Assembly: GCA_051362555.1 (NCBI GenBank)
Contig: CM120644.1
Coordinates: 15,956,534 to 16,020,533 of the forward strand
Origin: Lingula anatina
Taxonomy: Eukaryota; Animalia; Brachiopoda
Reading direction: 5' to 3'
Length of the DNA stretch: 64,000 nt
In this document: piece after piece, positions 24,638 to 37,981 of the stretch
How the letters are laid out: every line of letters starts with the position of its first letter
Numbering within the stretch: the first letter of the stretch is position 1
Made by a program: the position numbers and the translations under genes
The notes under the pieces: generated by a model
Database searches by the model: none
Told to the model about the DNA's origin: nothing
The model's input: the letters and a program-made list of their open reading frames with translations, nothing else

Positions 24638-26535
24638 TTAGGTTCAACAGCCAGGGGGATGGACTCCCGTAACCAACAGACCCATGTCCCTTTATAAAGT
24701 ATGCCAGTTGGTTACTAACCCAGGCTGGTGATGTGTATAATACAGTTATTCTAGGTTTAATGGCTTCATCCTGTTGTATAATAGACCACCATTCGAAAGA
24801 AATTAAGATAAAACAACCACAGAACCTAAATATATCTGGGTTACCTCTGTCAGCTTTTATTCCTTGTCACACTGCACGCGGCTAGTCTGCCAATATTTCT
24901 GATTCCGCTCTCCTTCTAATTCCGCAAAATTCTCGCTGGAGTTCAATCTTTCTTACCTGACTTTGGACTATATATCTGCTGATCCCCCACTGAAACTGAT
25001 TTAAATAACTGAAAGGTCTTATAAAGATTGTATCACAGAGCATAGCGAAATGAACCTACCTGTTGGGCAAAAATAAATATTCATCGTCTCTCCAAATGTC
25101 TTTTGGAAACTGTAAATACCATAGATGGCTTGTGGACTCGCGTGTTTATTCTAACCTTGTGTATTATTTGTCGAAAGTCTAATTCATCACCGATTTTAAT
25201 GATTTACGTTGCATTGTCTTATTTTATCCAATAATTGCGGTAGCGTCACGCAATACTGAGATGCAGACATGCGAGGGTTCTGCTCACAATCTTTTGCGTT
25301 TTTCTTTTTCTTTTTGCTGCATCAATGTTTTACGTTTTGCAACTACACTTTACATCGATTCTTGGAAATGCATTTATGCCCTGCCACGGTCTGTTATCCA
25401 CAATGAACGATCTCAGAAAGTTTTTATTTAACAACTTATACGTTATCTCTACGGATCTATTTGATCCTAAAACATCAGAGACATCTTGAACACCTAAAAA
25501 AAATTAATTTATTCTCATTGGCTATATTGTATTACTATTGCTTGAGTTACATTGTTGCCATGTCAAGTGTTATAGTGTGTAGTCTAAGGTTATCCTTGTG
25601 CACATACGGACTTGTCAAATGGTACCTTTTGACCAGTATTTATTGTTGTATACAGTATGTTACAATAATCGCAAACTGTGTCTTAACTATTTTAAGCGTA
25701 CTAAGGGTACTATTAAGCGAAATACGTTTGATACTTTTTCAACTTTTAGTATGCAAAAAGTTTGTGAATAACCCTAAAATGATTCATTTAAGGACTGGTT
25801 TACTGATAGCATCATTAATCATAATTCTCTCATCTATAAAAAAAAAGTTTAATTATTATGTGTCAAAAAAGAGGATTCTTATTCCCAAGGCGGTGATTTG
25901 ATCCTGCAAATGTCTAGGGAATCATTTCGTTCGAGTTACATGTGTCTTGCCAAATATATACATGTAGTACGTTGCCCAAATAGGTACGTCTCTTGGTTAA
26001 AACACATGCAAATGTCGAATCAAAGTGCAGAGATAGGTCGATTTATGATCAGTCAAAAGGTGCCATTTTCTTTTCTTATCGAGGGAAATTAAAACGAGTG
26101 CGAAAATCTAGAGAGAATTCTTTAAACAAACAATATGGTCTACATAAATCTATGGCATTTACATTGCCCAAATACGCACGTATACATTTATTTATTACTA
26201 AAATTATTATCTGAGCGAAATTAGTCAAAACGTATAACATAAGTAAGCAAAACCTGTAATAATGTTAACTTTAGGAAGTATCATGACAGACATATCATAT
26301 CAAATGACACAATGTTTTATCATAAAATTTTTAAAAAATATTTCCAATTCACGTAATATTGGAAAAAGTTAAACCTGCTATCAGTTGAATATTTCACTTT
26401 CTCCCGCGTAACATATGATAATTAAGCCATGTGGCAGAAACGGGCCATTCTTTTTAATATCTTTTTTTCTCCTGAGAAATTCAGGTCAGTGCCTGGGCTT
26501 TTTTTAATTTCTATTGCTTGTTTAATCAATTATTG

Positions 26536-29500
26536 TTAAAGGCGACTGTCTTCATTAACTGTTGGTACATATAACCCCGTACAACTACCAACCACCACGT
26601 GGTTTTCGAAACAACGGTTTTCAACGGGGGAACACGTGGCGCCGCTCGACGGGAAAACTGTTGGCTCGTGGTCTCCTCCATTGTCGTCTGCGTCAGACGT
26701 GGAGAACGAACGGTTTGTTATTCCAGTGGTTTTAGCATTCCGAGATCTGCTGTGTGAATCGTTTTCCGTACCGCCAAATTCAGAATAAAACCTAACTGTT
26801 GGAAATCTTGCCAACGGGGTGTTTAAACTCGCGCTCTTTCTGTCCCTTAAGTTATCTTCATTGCCCTGGTCATTGCTCGTAAAAACGGACGCTGTATTTG
26901 AAAGTTCTTTATGAACATTTCTTAAACTGGCTTTGAAAGTAGATGATATGCCATCGGGTTGCTTCCCATTGGGGTGTTTTTTAACGTAACTAATCTGAAA
27001 TTGGACCAAAGGGTACAGATGGACTAAGTTCTAAAACATGAAATAACGTTTAAAAATTCAAAAGAATTGGAACATGGCATTGCTCAAAACGGAGCATTTA
27101 ATTTCACCTGCCTTTTTTTAAATTATTGTGTGTGCCTGTTTTGTGGTGTATTTATTTACCTTAGGAACAAACAGCAAGCCTAACGTCGTGGCAGCTGACG
27201 CTATGATGCAAAGAGATGAGAAAGCGAATGTGATAGCTGGCCTCTCCGACACAATCATGGCGACAGAGGCGCCAACTCCGCACAAAACACAGGTGTTGTA
27301 GATACACATGCCTAGATACCTGGAGTGTGGGAATATTTATAGTTATACTTAAAATAAATAGAAAGATAGATAAACCAATAAAACCAATGATAATAGATTA
27401 ACAGTTAATTACAAATATCACAATACACGTGTTTAAATAAGAAACCATACCGGAAAAAGTGTGGAAAATAACATAAACGTAGCATCTAAAACAAAGTGAA
27501 TCGATAAGCCAAACAGAGAATTTATTTTATATGTGTCTTTTAGATAGTGAAATGACAGAATGTGAAAACAAGTACTGATATAGCACACAATAAATATCCA
27601 TATATTAGCTATCCAGGCACGTTACGAAAATTAAATACATTAATTAGTTAAGTGAGAGCACAGTCCATATATCCGTTAAAAAAATAATATCTAATATTTT
27701 TTATCATCTTATTCCAAATATTTACTTGTACCTACTTGGAATCATTCAACTCCGGCACAAAGACCCTTCTCGTCTCAAAGGCTAAAAAACACCCAAAAAT
27801 CAGAAGCAATCCCTTCTCTGCCAGCAGACCGCCAATCCAATACGTCTTTAACTCCGACGTACAGGACTCGTGTTTCGTTATCAGGCGTTTTCCGTCCGTT
27901 TCCTGGAATCATTAAAGATGTTTATACTTTTCTGAGTTCCAAAATCTTTTTTTTTTTTTTTTTTTTTTTTTGTTCTTTTAACTCAATTTCTCTTTCTTAT
28001 TCATCTTTTTTTAATTCATGTTACTTGTATGTACATGTATTTATAACCAATTAATTAATTCTTGATTTCTTCACGATAACATTATTTTGGATTGTCTACA
28101 AGCTCTTACGAAAAAAAAGCAGTTTCTCAATGCTGCAGTCGGCATTTATTCCAAAGGTAAATTTATAGATGTCTTATAATCAATGGGTCTGTGCTGTACC
28201 AGATACCTTGTTTAGGCAACACTGCTGCAGTGTATTAAAGATAAATTACCATCAGAAGCGCCGTAAAAATAAGATATTTCAGAATACATACCGTGGGAAC
28301 GTTATGAGTGTTGAATGCTTTTTTGTTTATTTGTTTGTTTGTTTGTTTATTTGTTTTTCTAAAATAAATTTATTGACATTCAGCCTGTCACTATATTCAA
28401 TAATAACCATAATGTTTATCTGCCAGCTGCTTTCACTGTATTCCAAAATGACTCTGTATGTGTGTCACCTAACCGGAAGTAGTACAAGCACCATTGGGAT
28501 ACTGAAATGAGACTTCCGCTTCCGGTGAACATACCGTGTCTGTCTGGATATGATACGTCAAGTACATCGGATCTATCACTGTCCATGCCGCCATTACGGC
28601 CACGTCCACCATTACTAAAAACGCCACCCCCACCAACAGGTGTTTATCCTGTAGAGGCTAGGAAAATAAAATTTGGCGAGAAATGTTATTTAACTGGCCA
28701 AAATAAATAAATAAATAAATAAAAATAAAAACAATTTTATCAATATATCCAGCCAACACCACAACTACATACAGCATAAATTTCAAAACATTATATTCAT
28801 TATGTAATGTAAACATCACTTTGGACCTCAACTATATGACATGTAATTATCACAACAAATTTTCCACAGCTCAAAAATTGCATGCAAACTTGAGTCAAAA
28901 AGTGACGACAGTTAAAACTATAACTGTAAAGTTTTAGCTTAGAATAAATGTGGTTGTATTAAATATAACATCGATTTACGTCCTTTTGCACTTTATATAT
29001 ATAAATGTCAATAAGAAATGTGAATGAGCAAGTCCGCTTACAGCGCCACAGCGGAGCTACTAGCTACATGTTGCCGTGTGGTTCTAACTTGTATACTAGA
29101 TGATGAATTATATTGCGCCCTATGACGAAACCGGGCCACAAACTGACCAAAGCTTGCTTTAAAATGTTGGAGTCTAAACGGTTTGAAGCACTGAATGCAA
29201 ATGCAATAATTATAAAATAAAGGATATATGATACAATTATAAAACAATACTTTTCTCATTCTCCCAGACTTGTTTCCAAAGATCACATAAACACGCCACG
29301 TCTTGGCAAACATGGCTCCGAAAGCGAGGCTAAATGCTATGGACAGCAACCAGCCTGATATCTGAAACACAATGGTGCAATTATTTCAGTTCCAAGTTGC
29401 ATTGATTCTTACTCCAGAGATCCCTAACTTTTTGTTTACAAACACAACAAACAAATGCCGCTCCTTTATTGGAAAACCTCAATTGCTATCATTTCCCTTA

Positions 29501-29596
29501 ATACAATGTACTGAGTACAACTTGGCGTAGGTTTAATGCACAGTGTCACAGTGGTAGCATTATCACTAATAACCGTATCTTCTATTTAATATTATA

Positions 29597-29632
<36 letters not shown>

Positions 29633-30549
29633 GAATGGCAATAATGAACACGATCGCCATCTACATGTACATCATAAATTAACTTTAGGGCCTTCGATCA
29701 TGATAAATGAGACAAGAAAAATATACGGCCTTTTTCTTTCAAAATCTAATTAAAAACAGGAAACTAACTCACCATGCACATCGCTGGTATGACATCTGCA
29801 TGAACAAGACGGGTGTCCAGGGCAACAAACGGCACGCAGCTAAATGCCACAACACACCCGGTCGCTATGACGTTGTTAAGATTTGGTGATGACAGTTTGA
29901 TGTGGCTACAAAAAATGAAATTAAAAAAAAAACAATACAGCTACCTCAATCAAGATTAAGATTAAAGCCTTGAATAAATGTAAATTACAACTTACGCTGA
30001 ATTTTTTATTTTTTAATTTTAAACATTTGAAATTGCAAGTATAAGCCTGTTTTTCAGCCTAGAATATTGCTTTTGCCTACTTAAGAAACGCTAATAATTT
30101 TGCACATTTATTTAATATTTTCTGTACTGGTACATAGATTGTCATGACTTTGTACAATATGATATATTAATGACGATACAATACAATTGGTGCATTAGTA
30201 AATCTTATCAGACACATTACGTATTTAGTTACTCGATGGGTTTGAGACAGGAGGAGCTTCTCAAAACAAAATGCCGTCTTCAGAAGAACCAGTAGCCATC
30301 CCTTCACAGACCCCTCCATCCCCACCATCCCCAGTATGTGAACTGCCTGAAGCAAAAGTCGCGTGTTCCATTGGAACTCATTGCTCTTCGAGAAAATTGT
30401 ACTACCGTAGCAAAGGTATATTGTTCTGCTTGTAATTAATTTAGTAGAAGTAATTGAGATACGGAGGTGCTGGAGAGAGTTTAGTCTCCTGCTAATTAAA
30501 GAAATACCAGTAAATACAAAGTAAGAAGATTTTTTATGTCTGCGGCCCT

Positions 30550-30583
<34 letters not shown>

Positions 30584-33500
30584 CACCTGAATAGCCATGA
30601 ATTTGATTGTGTTAGGGAATTTCTACCCTCTACCATGCCCATAGATTGATTTTCACTAGATATTCACAAATAAGTCTCTGCCTTAATTCATAACACATTT
30701 CTCCACAAAGTTACGTTGGAGAAAAGTGCACATATTTAATCTGCGGTCCTGGTAGAGGATATGAAATATCTTGCCTGCAGGGAATTTAATCCACGGTAGT
30801 CTTCTTAAAGCTTTATGTGATGCTCATCTAAGAAATGACTTCCAGGCCTTTGTTTTCATAAATGATTACAAACGAGACGTTTAATCTCATGTGTTTCCTG
30901 CTTAAAGGGTTTAAGAGAAATGCATAGTATTTGTAATTCACAGTGTAGCAAGGCAGCAATGTCAAGAGTCTATGAATGTTACTAACATTTAATCCTCAAT
31001 TTTATTTTGATTTATTTGTAAAATGTAATGCAGTTTAAAGAAATTGAGTGGGTCTTGGACAATAAATTTGGTACACTACCGGTAGCATGAAAAAGAATTT
31101 TAATTTAGTTCTCTATTGCTCACAAATTAATATTCGCTCACTGTAGGGACCATGACGAGAAGAGACAACACGAAAGATGTGAGAACTCAATATGAGTGTG
31201 CAGAATCCCCGTTGTATGACCAAAAACCACAAATATCAACATAAACAAGGTCCCAACATGACGTCCATTTAGATATATAGGCCTATTGTCATACAACGCC
31301 ACGTACCGATGGTCCCTGAAGACGATGTTAAACACTAGTAGAGACAGCCCGAGTAAAATCCCCAATCCGGCGAGACCAGTGATGACAGCTGCCAGAGCCC
31401 CATCTATGTACGACATTCTGTTTACGACAGGGGTGTGGTCAAGGGGTACTTGTCCACCTAGAAGACGAGAAAACAATCGAGTTATTTATTTATTTATTTA
31501 TTTATTTATTGTGTTGAATTTTTTAATAGTTTTTGGATACTTTTAAGAGTCTAATATGTTTATATCCATGAGGTGACCTTCAAAAATAAGGTTACTAGCG
31601 TAATAATAAGCAAAAATACACTGGATTACGTGTATCCATTTTGACGTTTCCGAAAGTAGGCCTATCATGTTAGATAGAATTATAGTTTCCTCAAACAGTA
31701 ATTATACGGCGTTCAGATAAACCCAATCTTTTAGCTGGGTTGTTCCAAATCTCCGGGAGATTCTCACTAAAGTTCTTTCAGTGTTAGGTCTACCTGCTTA
31801 ATTGTCTGACAAACCTCCTCGAGTGAAAGAGCTTGCAAGAGCCGAGCGCACACTACAGTTAATTACGCACTTGCAGGTGAACAATTATTAAGCTCATTAC
31901 ATTGACTGCGCTTAGGCAAGAATCCCGGCAGAGTTAGATTGATCCATCTATTTCGATGGGTTTATCCCAACGCTCCCTTGGCCCGTTTCATATCAAGCTG
32001 TACACTTAACTGAGAGATTACACAACAACCCCTGTACACGAAGCGGTCAATAAATTATTTAAACAGCACGAAGCGAACTTTTGAAAGGTAATAAACTTCC
32101 TTACAGCAGAATTAAATCATTACACATTAAGAAATACTTGTACGTACCAGCCCACTTTAACAACGATTCATCAATGCTTATATGCCCTGTGATCTCGTTG
32201 TGCACCCCAACAGCCACTTGGACAGAGTCTGAAATTTAACACAGCGAAACGGTAACCCTGACTACGACGTACAGTTGCTATGACAACTCAAACAAAATTG
32301 ATGACAATGGCGTTTTTAACCGATTACGTGCATACACTTATCATTATCTTCGATTTTCTCATTAAGGCGTTCATATCAGCCGGTTGATTGATGTGACTTT
32401 TAAAATCTACGTGACGAATTCAGTCTGAGTGCATGCTGCCTATGACAGAGAGATAGCGGGAAGAGAGGGGGGGGGGGAGAAATGGAGATATTATTATAGT
32501 TTTAGACACTTTTCGGGAAATATTACCCTGTACTTGGGCGATTTCAATTTGCCATGGCCTGCTGCCGTTTTCATAAAATGACATTGGACCCTAAAACAAT
32601 ATTCGTTAAAAAATTCGTTGAAGACGCACAAATGTATCATTCCATTATTTGTTTATTTATTTGTTTGTCTGTTTTTTTCGTTCAAATTTAAATAATTTTT
32701 TTCTTTTTCTTTAAGTCACACATATTTGCTTCAGCGAGAGATTAGATTTCCACTAAAATAATAAAATTGATTCAAATCAAAGAAAATGTGGCCAGAAAAA
32801 TTAAACAGGCTCAAAAGAAATTAACGTGTATCATACTTTAGGAACGCTTGTTTGTACCCAATATGTATTTCCCTTACCGTCATTCCTGTAAAATTTGTTT
32901 TCTTCAATTCCTCCATGAGTACATCCAACAGGTGACTGTCTTCGTAGGTGAAGTCATCGAGCCGCTTTGGCCTGACAACTGTTTCACCGTCAAAAACCTC
33001 CGTGACGACCTGAGTGAACATGAAAAAATATCTATCTGATGTATTATTTACAAAATATGAGGTGTAGCAAAAGCGTTTTAAGTCATTTTCATATCGAGAG
33101 GTCCGCTCCTCTATACCGCACTAAATTGTCTGGTTCTGACATGCAATGACCAATGCACCAATCAAAATAAATTGGGTTAACTGGTCGTAACGAGCGCAGG
33201 TTTATGGAATTCTCTTCGGCAAAAGCCATGCTAAGTTGACCAAATATGTTAGGTTGACCATCTCTAAAACTTGCAATACATGTTACTGCATGTGTCAGCA
33301 ACTTTCGTCAGTGATGAGTAAGTTCTATCAAACTGTTTGTGTGTTCATGACGGATCAAATATCTTGAAACACATCTACCGGGTAGCTGGCTACACAATCA
33401 CTTAATGGAATATTTCGCGGCATTGGTAATTTGGTAATTTTTGCATTGACAATTTTTTGACTGTCAGTTATTTTGCAGACGATTTTCATTCCAACGAACA

Positions 33501-35239
33501 ATTACAATCTGCAAGTACGACAAGTTCGCATACATGGAAATGAATTAAAACTTGCCTGTTTAGCCACTTCAGGAATAGAAGAGTTCAGGGCCAATGCAGC
33601 TGCCCACATGGCGTCATAGCCATAGGGGTGGTACTCGTTAAAACCATACTTTCCAAAACTGGGCCACTGCTTATAGCGTCTTTCATACTGATCAAAGGTC
33701 TAAAATAAAAAAAAAAATACCTGTACATGTACAAACAAGTACCGTATGAGCAACAACGTAAGATGATTTAAAATTTAACAAAGAAAACACCGCGTAGGCA
33801 ATATATGTGGAAAAGATCTTATTTATATAATACAGGTGCCACATATTTAATAGGCCTATTGCATAAATGAGGGAGAACATACTAGAAAAGGGCATAATTT
33901 TACATGTAAAATTCACCACCAATTTCAGTATTTAGCTTCATTTGCGCTAGATCCACTATGAACAAATTAAATATATAAATTTGCGTTAATGATTTACCAG
34001 CCCATTTATAGTCTCCTGACCATGAGTAAACTTTTCAAAGGTCATAAGCTCCATCAAGGTCAGCGCGTGCTCGGCGGCGGCCTTGACCTCCGACGGATCA
34101 CAAACCGTATCATTGACTGACATCCAGTCTTTACTATACCAGCCGTTGTATATCCATACCACTTTCCCGCCGCTCATGCCGAACCGATAAGCCTGTGGAT
34201 TGCGATAGATGGCGCTTAATTTACAGCAAAAACCCGTCCCTGTAATTCCTCAGCTAATTGTGTTTACGTCTTTTACCATACTGCGTATCTTTACGGCAGT
34301 CATTACAGTAAACTCACTTCACCTTGGCCTTATTTAAATCCTTCACTTAAACTGACCTTATCATTACCTTGACCTTACATTGACCTTTAGCTTACATGTG
34401 TACCTTGCAAAGAATTCTACGGAAGGTTTGCTCATAGCCGTCGAAGATGATAATGCGTGCGTCACGATTCTACAAGAAAATATTATCAGCTTTCATTACA
34501 GCAATGGTAAATGTAAATATGAAATAAATATACCTAAATAATTATAGTTCTGCTAGTACTATAGGCATACGAGAAAGCAGTTCCAAATGCGGACACAGAC
34601 TTTTATGACCGACGACTCGTTAGAGAAGACGCCATTATGGCCACATTCACAACCGCGTAATCCAATCGGGAAACACATTGGTGTCTGTTAGAGCAGCAAG
34701 TTTTCAAGTTGGTTGGCCATATTTGATCCGCGGATCTTTTAGTCTGCGGATCAACTTGTTCTTTGAGTGCACCTTCTGTTTACTCACCTTGAGGTCCTGT
34801 ATCTGAACAACTGACAATTCGTCTATATCGCCTACGGTATGGTAAGCCAAGTTCTCGATACCATTGCTTTGAAATAACTTGTGAAGGATTGCCATATCCT
34901 GTTGACAAAAGATACAAGTATTTTTAACAAACTTCAGAAAGGTTTCGGTTGAGGTTACCAAAACCGGTTTTGTTGAAAAATCTGCCGATCTAGGTAATAT
35001 TCTATTTTGATCCACAAGCATAAAATTCTGCTCTTCACGTGGCACTTAAAGGTATACGGTCGCCAATATGCAGTCTTAATTATGTACTTTGACTTTTTTT
35101 TTTTTTTTGGGGGGGGGGATAGGTCTTACTTCCATATGCTTATGAAACAAATGATATTACTTCAGCGTACTGCACACGCCTGTACAATATATAGGCTGTC
35201 TGTCTGTCTGTCTGTCTGTCTTTCTGACTGCCTAAACGA

Positions 35240-35273
<34 letters not shown>

Positions 35274-37908
35274 ATAGATACCTCTTGACATTCATATCCT
35301 ATGGTGGCGACTCGTTTCCACCCATAGTACTTCACAATGGCCAAATGAGCTTTGAGATAAGAACCCTTGGTCGGAATGTTCCTCCAAAACGTACGGTAGA
35401 TGTCTCTCTTAGATAGCTTCAGACGTGAAGAACCGTATGAGATCTGAAAAGGCCATGTTTGATTAAGAGAAATTGCCCTCTCATAAATGAAACAACAAGA
35501 AGAAGGATAAGAGCTAGCTTGATATGTTAAATTTCACAGCACAATGAGACCATTTCTGTCCTGGCAGATGGCGGAGATCATGTCATCCCGCCCGTCTGTG
35601 CGTCCGTGTGTTCGTGCGTACGTATATTTGTCTGCCCGTGCGTTAAAGGGATATCTGATCAAAGAATGTAGTGCGGACTAACAGATTCGCAGATCAAATA
35701 TGGCCGACATACTTGGACGCTTACCGGGTAATCCCCACAGTGTATAGTAGAGTATTATGCGGCAAGCTTTCAAGTGGGGCGGCCATATTTGATCCGCGGA
35801 TCAGCTCATCAGCATTCAACTTGGTTGTGAATGTACCTGAATTAGATTAAAAAAGGGAGTCGTCTGAGCAGTGCCAAGCGTGGATACACTGCACCCACCA
35901 CCTATCAGTATTATCTTTTGGGGTGGACGTTGGATAGCTCTAACCAGAGCGGCGGCGGCAGCTCCCTCATTACACTGAAATATAAATTATATACTGAAAT
36001 ATACATATATGTCCCAAAGAGAATCAGTTACTCTTGGTACAGAAAATATATTTTAAAAGTCAAAACAAGTCACATAACGATTGGAATGGTTAATTATTCG
36101 TTGTAAACGTTTTCGTCTCTTTCAGGCTCTTCAGACAATAAAATGATTGTGTATTTATTGTTACCAGGCAACTCTGTTGTCTTTTGTCTTATCTTAGAGA
36201 CAGTGGCAATTATTTTTTTTTCTTTGTTGCATAAATAATGATAGACATTGCAAGTCATTTTGTCATTTGGTGTTGGTATATTCCCTGTATTTAAAGTCAA
36301 TGATTGACCCTCAATGAATAGGTGACATGTCCCACATTTTTTGTCCCCACATTTTTTCACTTCTTTAATCTTCTTTGAAGAATATTTGACAGTGATCTGA
36401 AGACGTTTCTGCAAGGGAAACGTATTTCGTAGATACAGACTTGAGATTTAATATGGAATATTATAGTCTCAAAGGAATACCTCGGTAAAATTGCGTTCTT
36501 TTTTCCAAGAAATGTCAGATCTCATATAATATATCTGACTGGAGAAGTGTGAAGCCAGGGGTGTCGCTACCAATTTACTGACTGTCTGTTGCACTGCTAC
36601 ATTGTGTAATATGCAGTGATTTAATTGGGTAGAGCTCAGTTGGGCTGGTCAAAGCATGGCTTTAGCAAAGCGTGGTTCTGTCAAAAAGTATCCATATGTC
36701 GGCAACTACTGCATCGAAGAATTTGAAATTTTGCATGCAAGCGGTCGGTTTTGTAGTGCTTAAAATGAGTTAAGCAGTGTTTTACAAAATCGTTAATCTG
36801 TGCCAGAATGGCGCGAAAAAGACAGACACTGACACACAGATTATTATACCAAATGGAATGGTCTGCACAATTTTATAGAGTTATTCCCAGACTGATATAC
36901 CTACACAGAGGCCACAGGGCACACTGTCCTTCAGGATATGCTGCTGCAACCAAACAAAACTACCCAGTCCGTTCAGAATCAGGGGCAAATTGTCACCAAA
37001 ACGAGTTTCTTAAGGCTATTAACGAACACCAAACTGGTTTCAGCAGGTAAGGATACCAGGTAGTCATCGATGAAAACCTGAACCAGATTAAATAAAGGAA
37101 TAATCTGGAAACCACTTAACTACCATTTGATAGGGGGCACCTAAGGAACAATTTTAGGTTTCACGATGAGATTGCCGTTTCGCACTGAGTACTTTTAATA
37201 GCAGTTAACTTCAAGAACTAAAGGAATGACGGCTACCTTGGTCATCAAAATTGCCATATTTGAACACAATATATGAGTAGGTCATTACTCGCCAAATCAA
37301 CGGCCCGAATGTCCTACAAAAAAACTAAGCCAAATTGGACACGTTTTGACCGTTGCCTGGAATTTTATTGCAGATTAAACTCTAAAAACCTATCCTAAGG
37401 AGTACCTTGCCGTTTACAGGCTTGTGGGACATGTGACTCTTTAAAGACGATAATTTGAAAAATATGGAGATCCAAAATATCACTTTTAATGGTTGTCGTA
37501 TGCCATAGAAGGCAATGTAATTTGTTTGCTTCACTGGCGAATTCAATTAATGAACTGACTTCACAATGACATCAAAGAGATTATCAAAAGTTATTAAAAC
37601 GCAAAAAATAGGAATAAACTGATGAATTATGATTTTGGAAAAAATATTCCATATTAATAGTCAATTCTGTAATTTCTAGCCCAAGTTAAATGAAAAATAA
37701 TCATGACAATTTAACTTAATGTCTATCATTTTTTATGCAACAAAGAAAAAAATAATTGTCACTGTCTCTACGATAGGACAATAGACAATACAGTTGCCTA
37801 GTAACAATAAATACACAATCATTTTATTGTCTGAAGAGCCTGAAAGAGGCGAAAACGTTTACAATGAATAATTAACCATTTCAATCATTATGTGACTTGT
37901 TTTGACTT

Positions 37909-37981
<73 letters not shown>

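Larger units (their letters stand above)
36057..37908. mobile_element. Penelope-like retroelement remnant with inverted ~210-bp terminal repeats in intron 1 of paralog B
   Basis: Inverted repeats ~36057-36266 and ~37703-37908, each with a hammerhead motif. Minus-strand peptide KKCGDKKCGTC...KMTCNVYHYLC resembles the Cys-rich linker and start of the GIY-YIG domain of Neptune-type PLEs. Abuts a (TA)n tract; absent from paralog C. Confidence 0.72.

Noticed and set aside
25461-25901. 146-aa hydrophobic ORF
   Set aside because: Non-ATG start, AT-rich composition, and the frame is not kept in the duplicated flank at ~44400-44630.
26536-26547. C-terminal SRL as a peroxisomal targeting signal
   Set aside because: The protein is a signal-peptide 7TM receptor; a PDZ ligand is the more sensible reading.
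34320-34390. Cluster of TGACCT nuclear-receptor half-sites, also at ~61585-61660
   Set aside because: Shared only between recent duplicates and typical of low-complexity repeat DNA; no independent support.
35170-35178. Possible 9-nt microexon AG|GCGTGTGCA|GT that would fill a ~3-aa gap relative to GABA-B1
   Set aside because: The homologous stretch in paralog C is 13 nt (out of frame), there is no pyrimidine tract upstream and no equivalent in paralog A.
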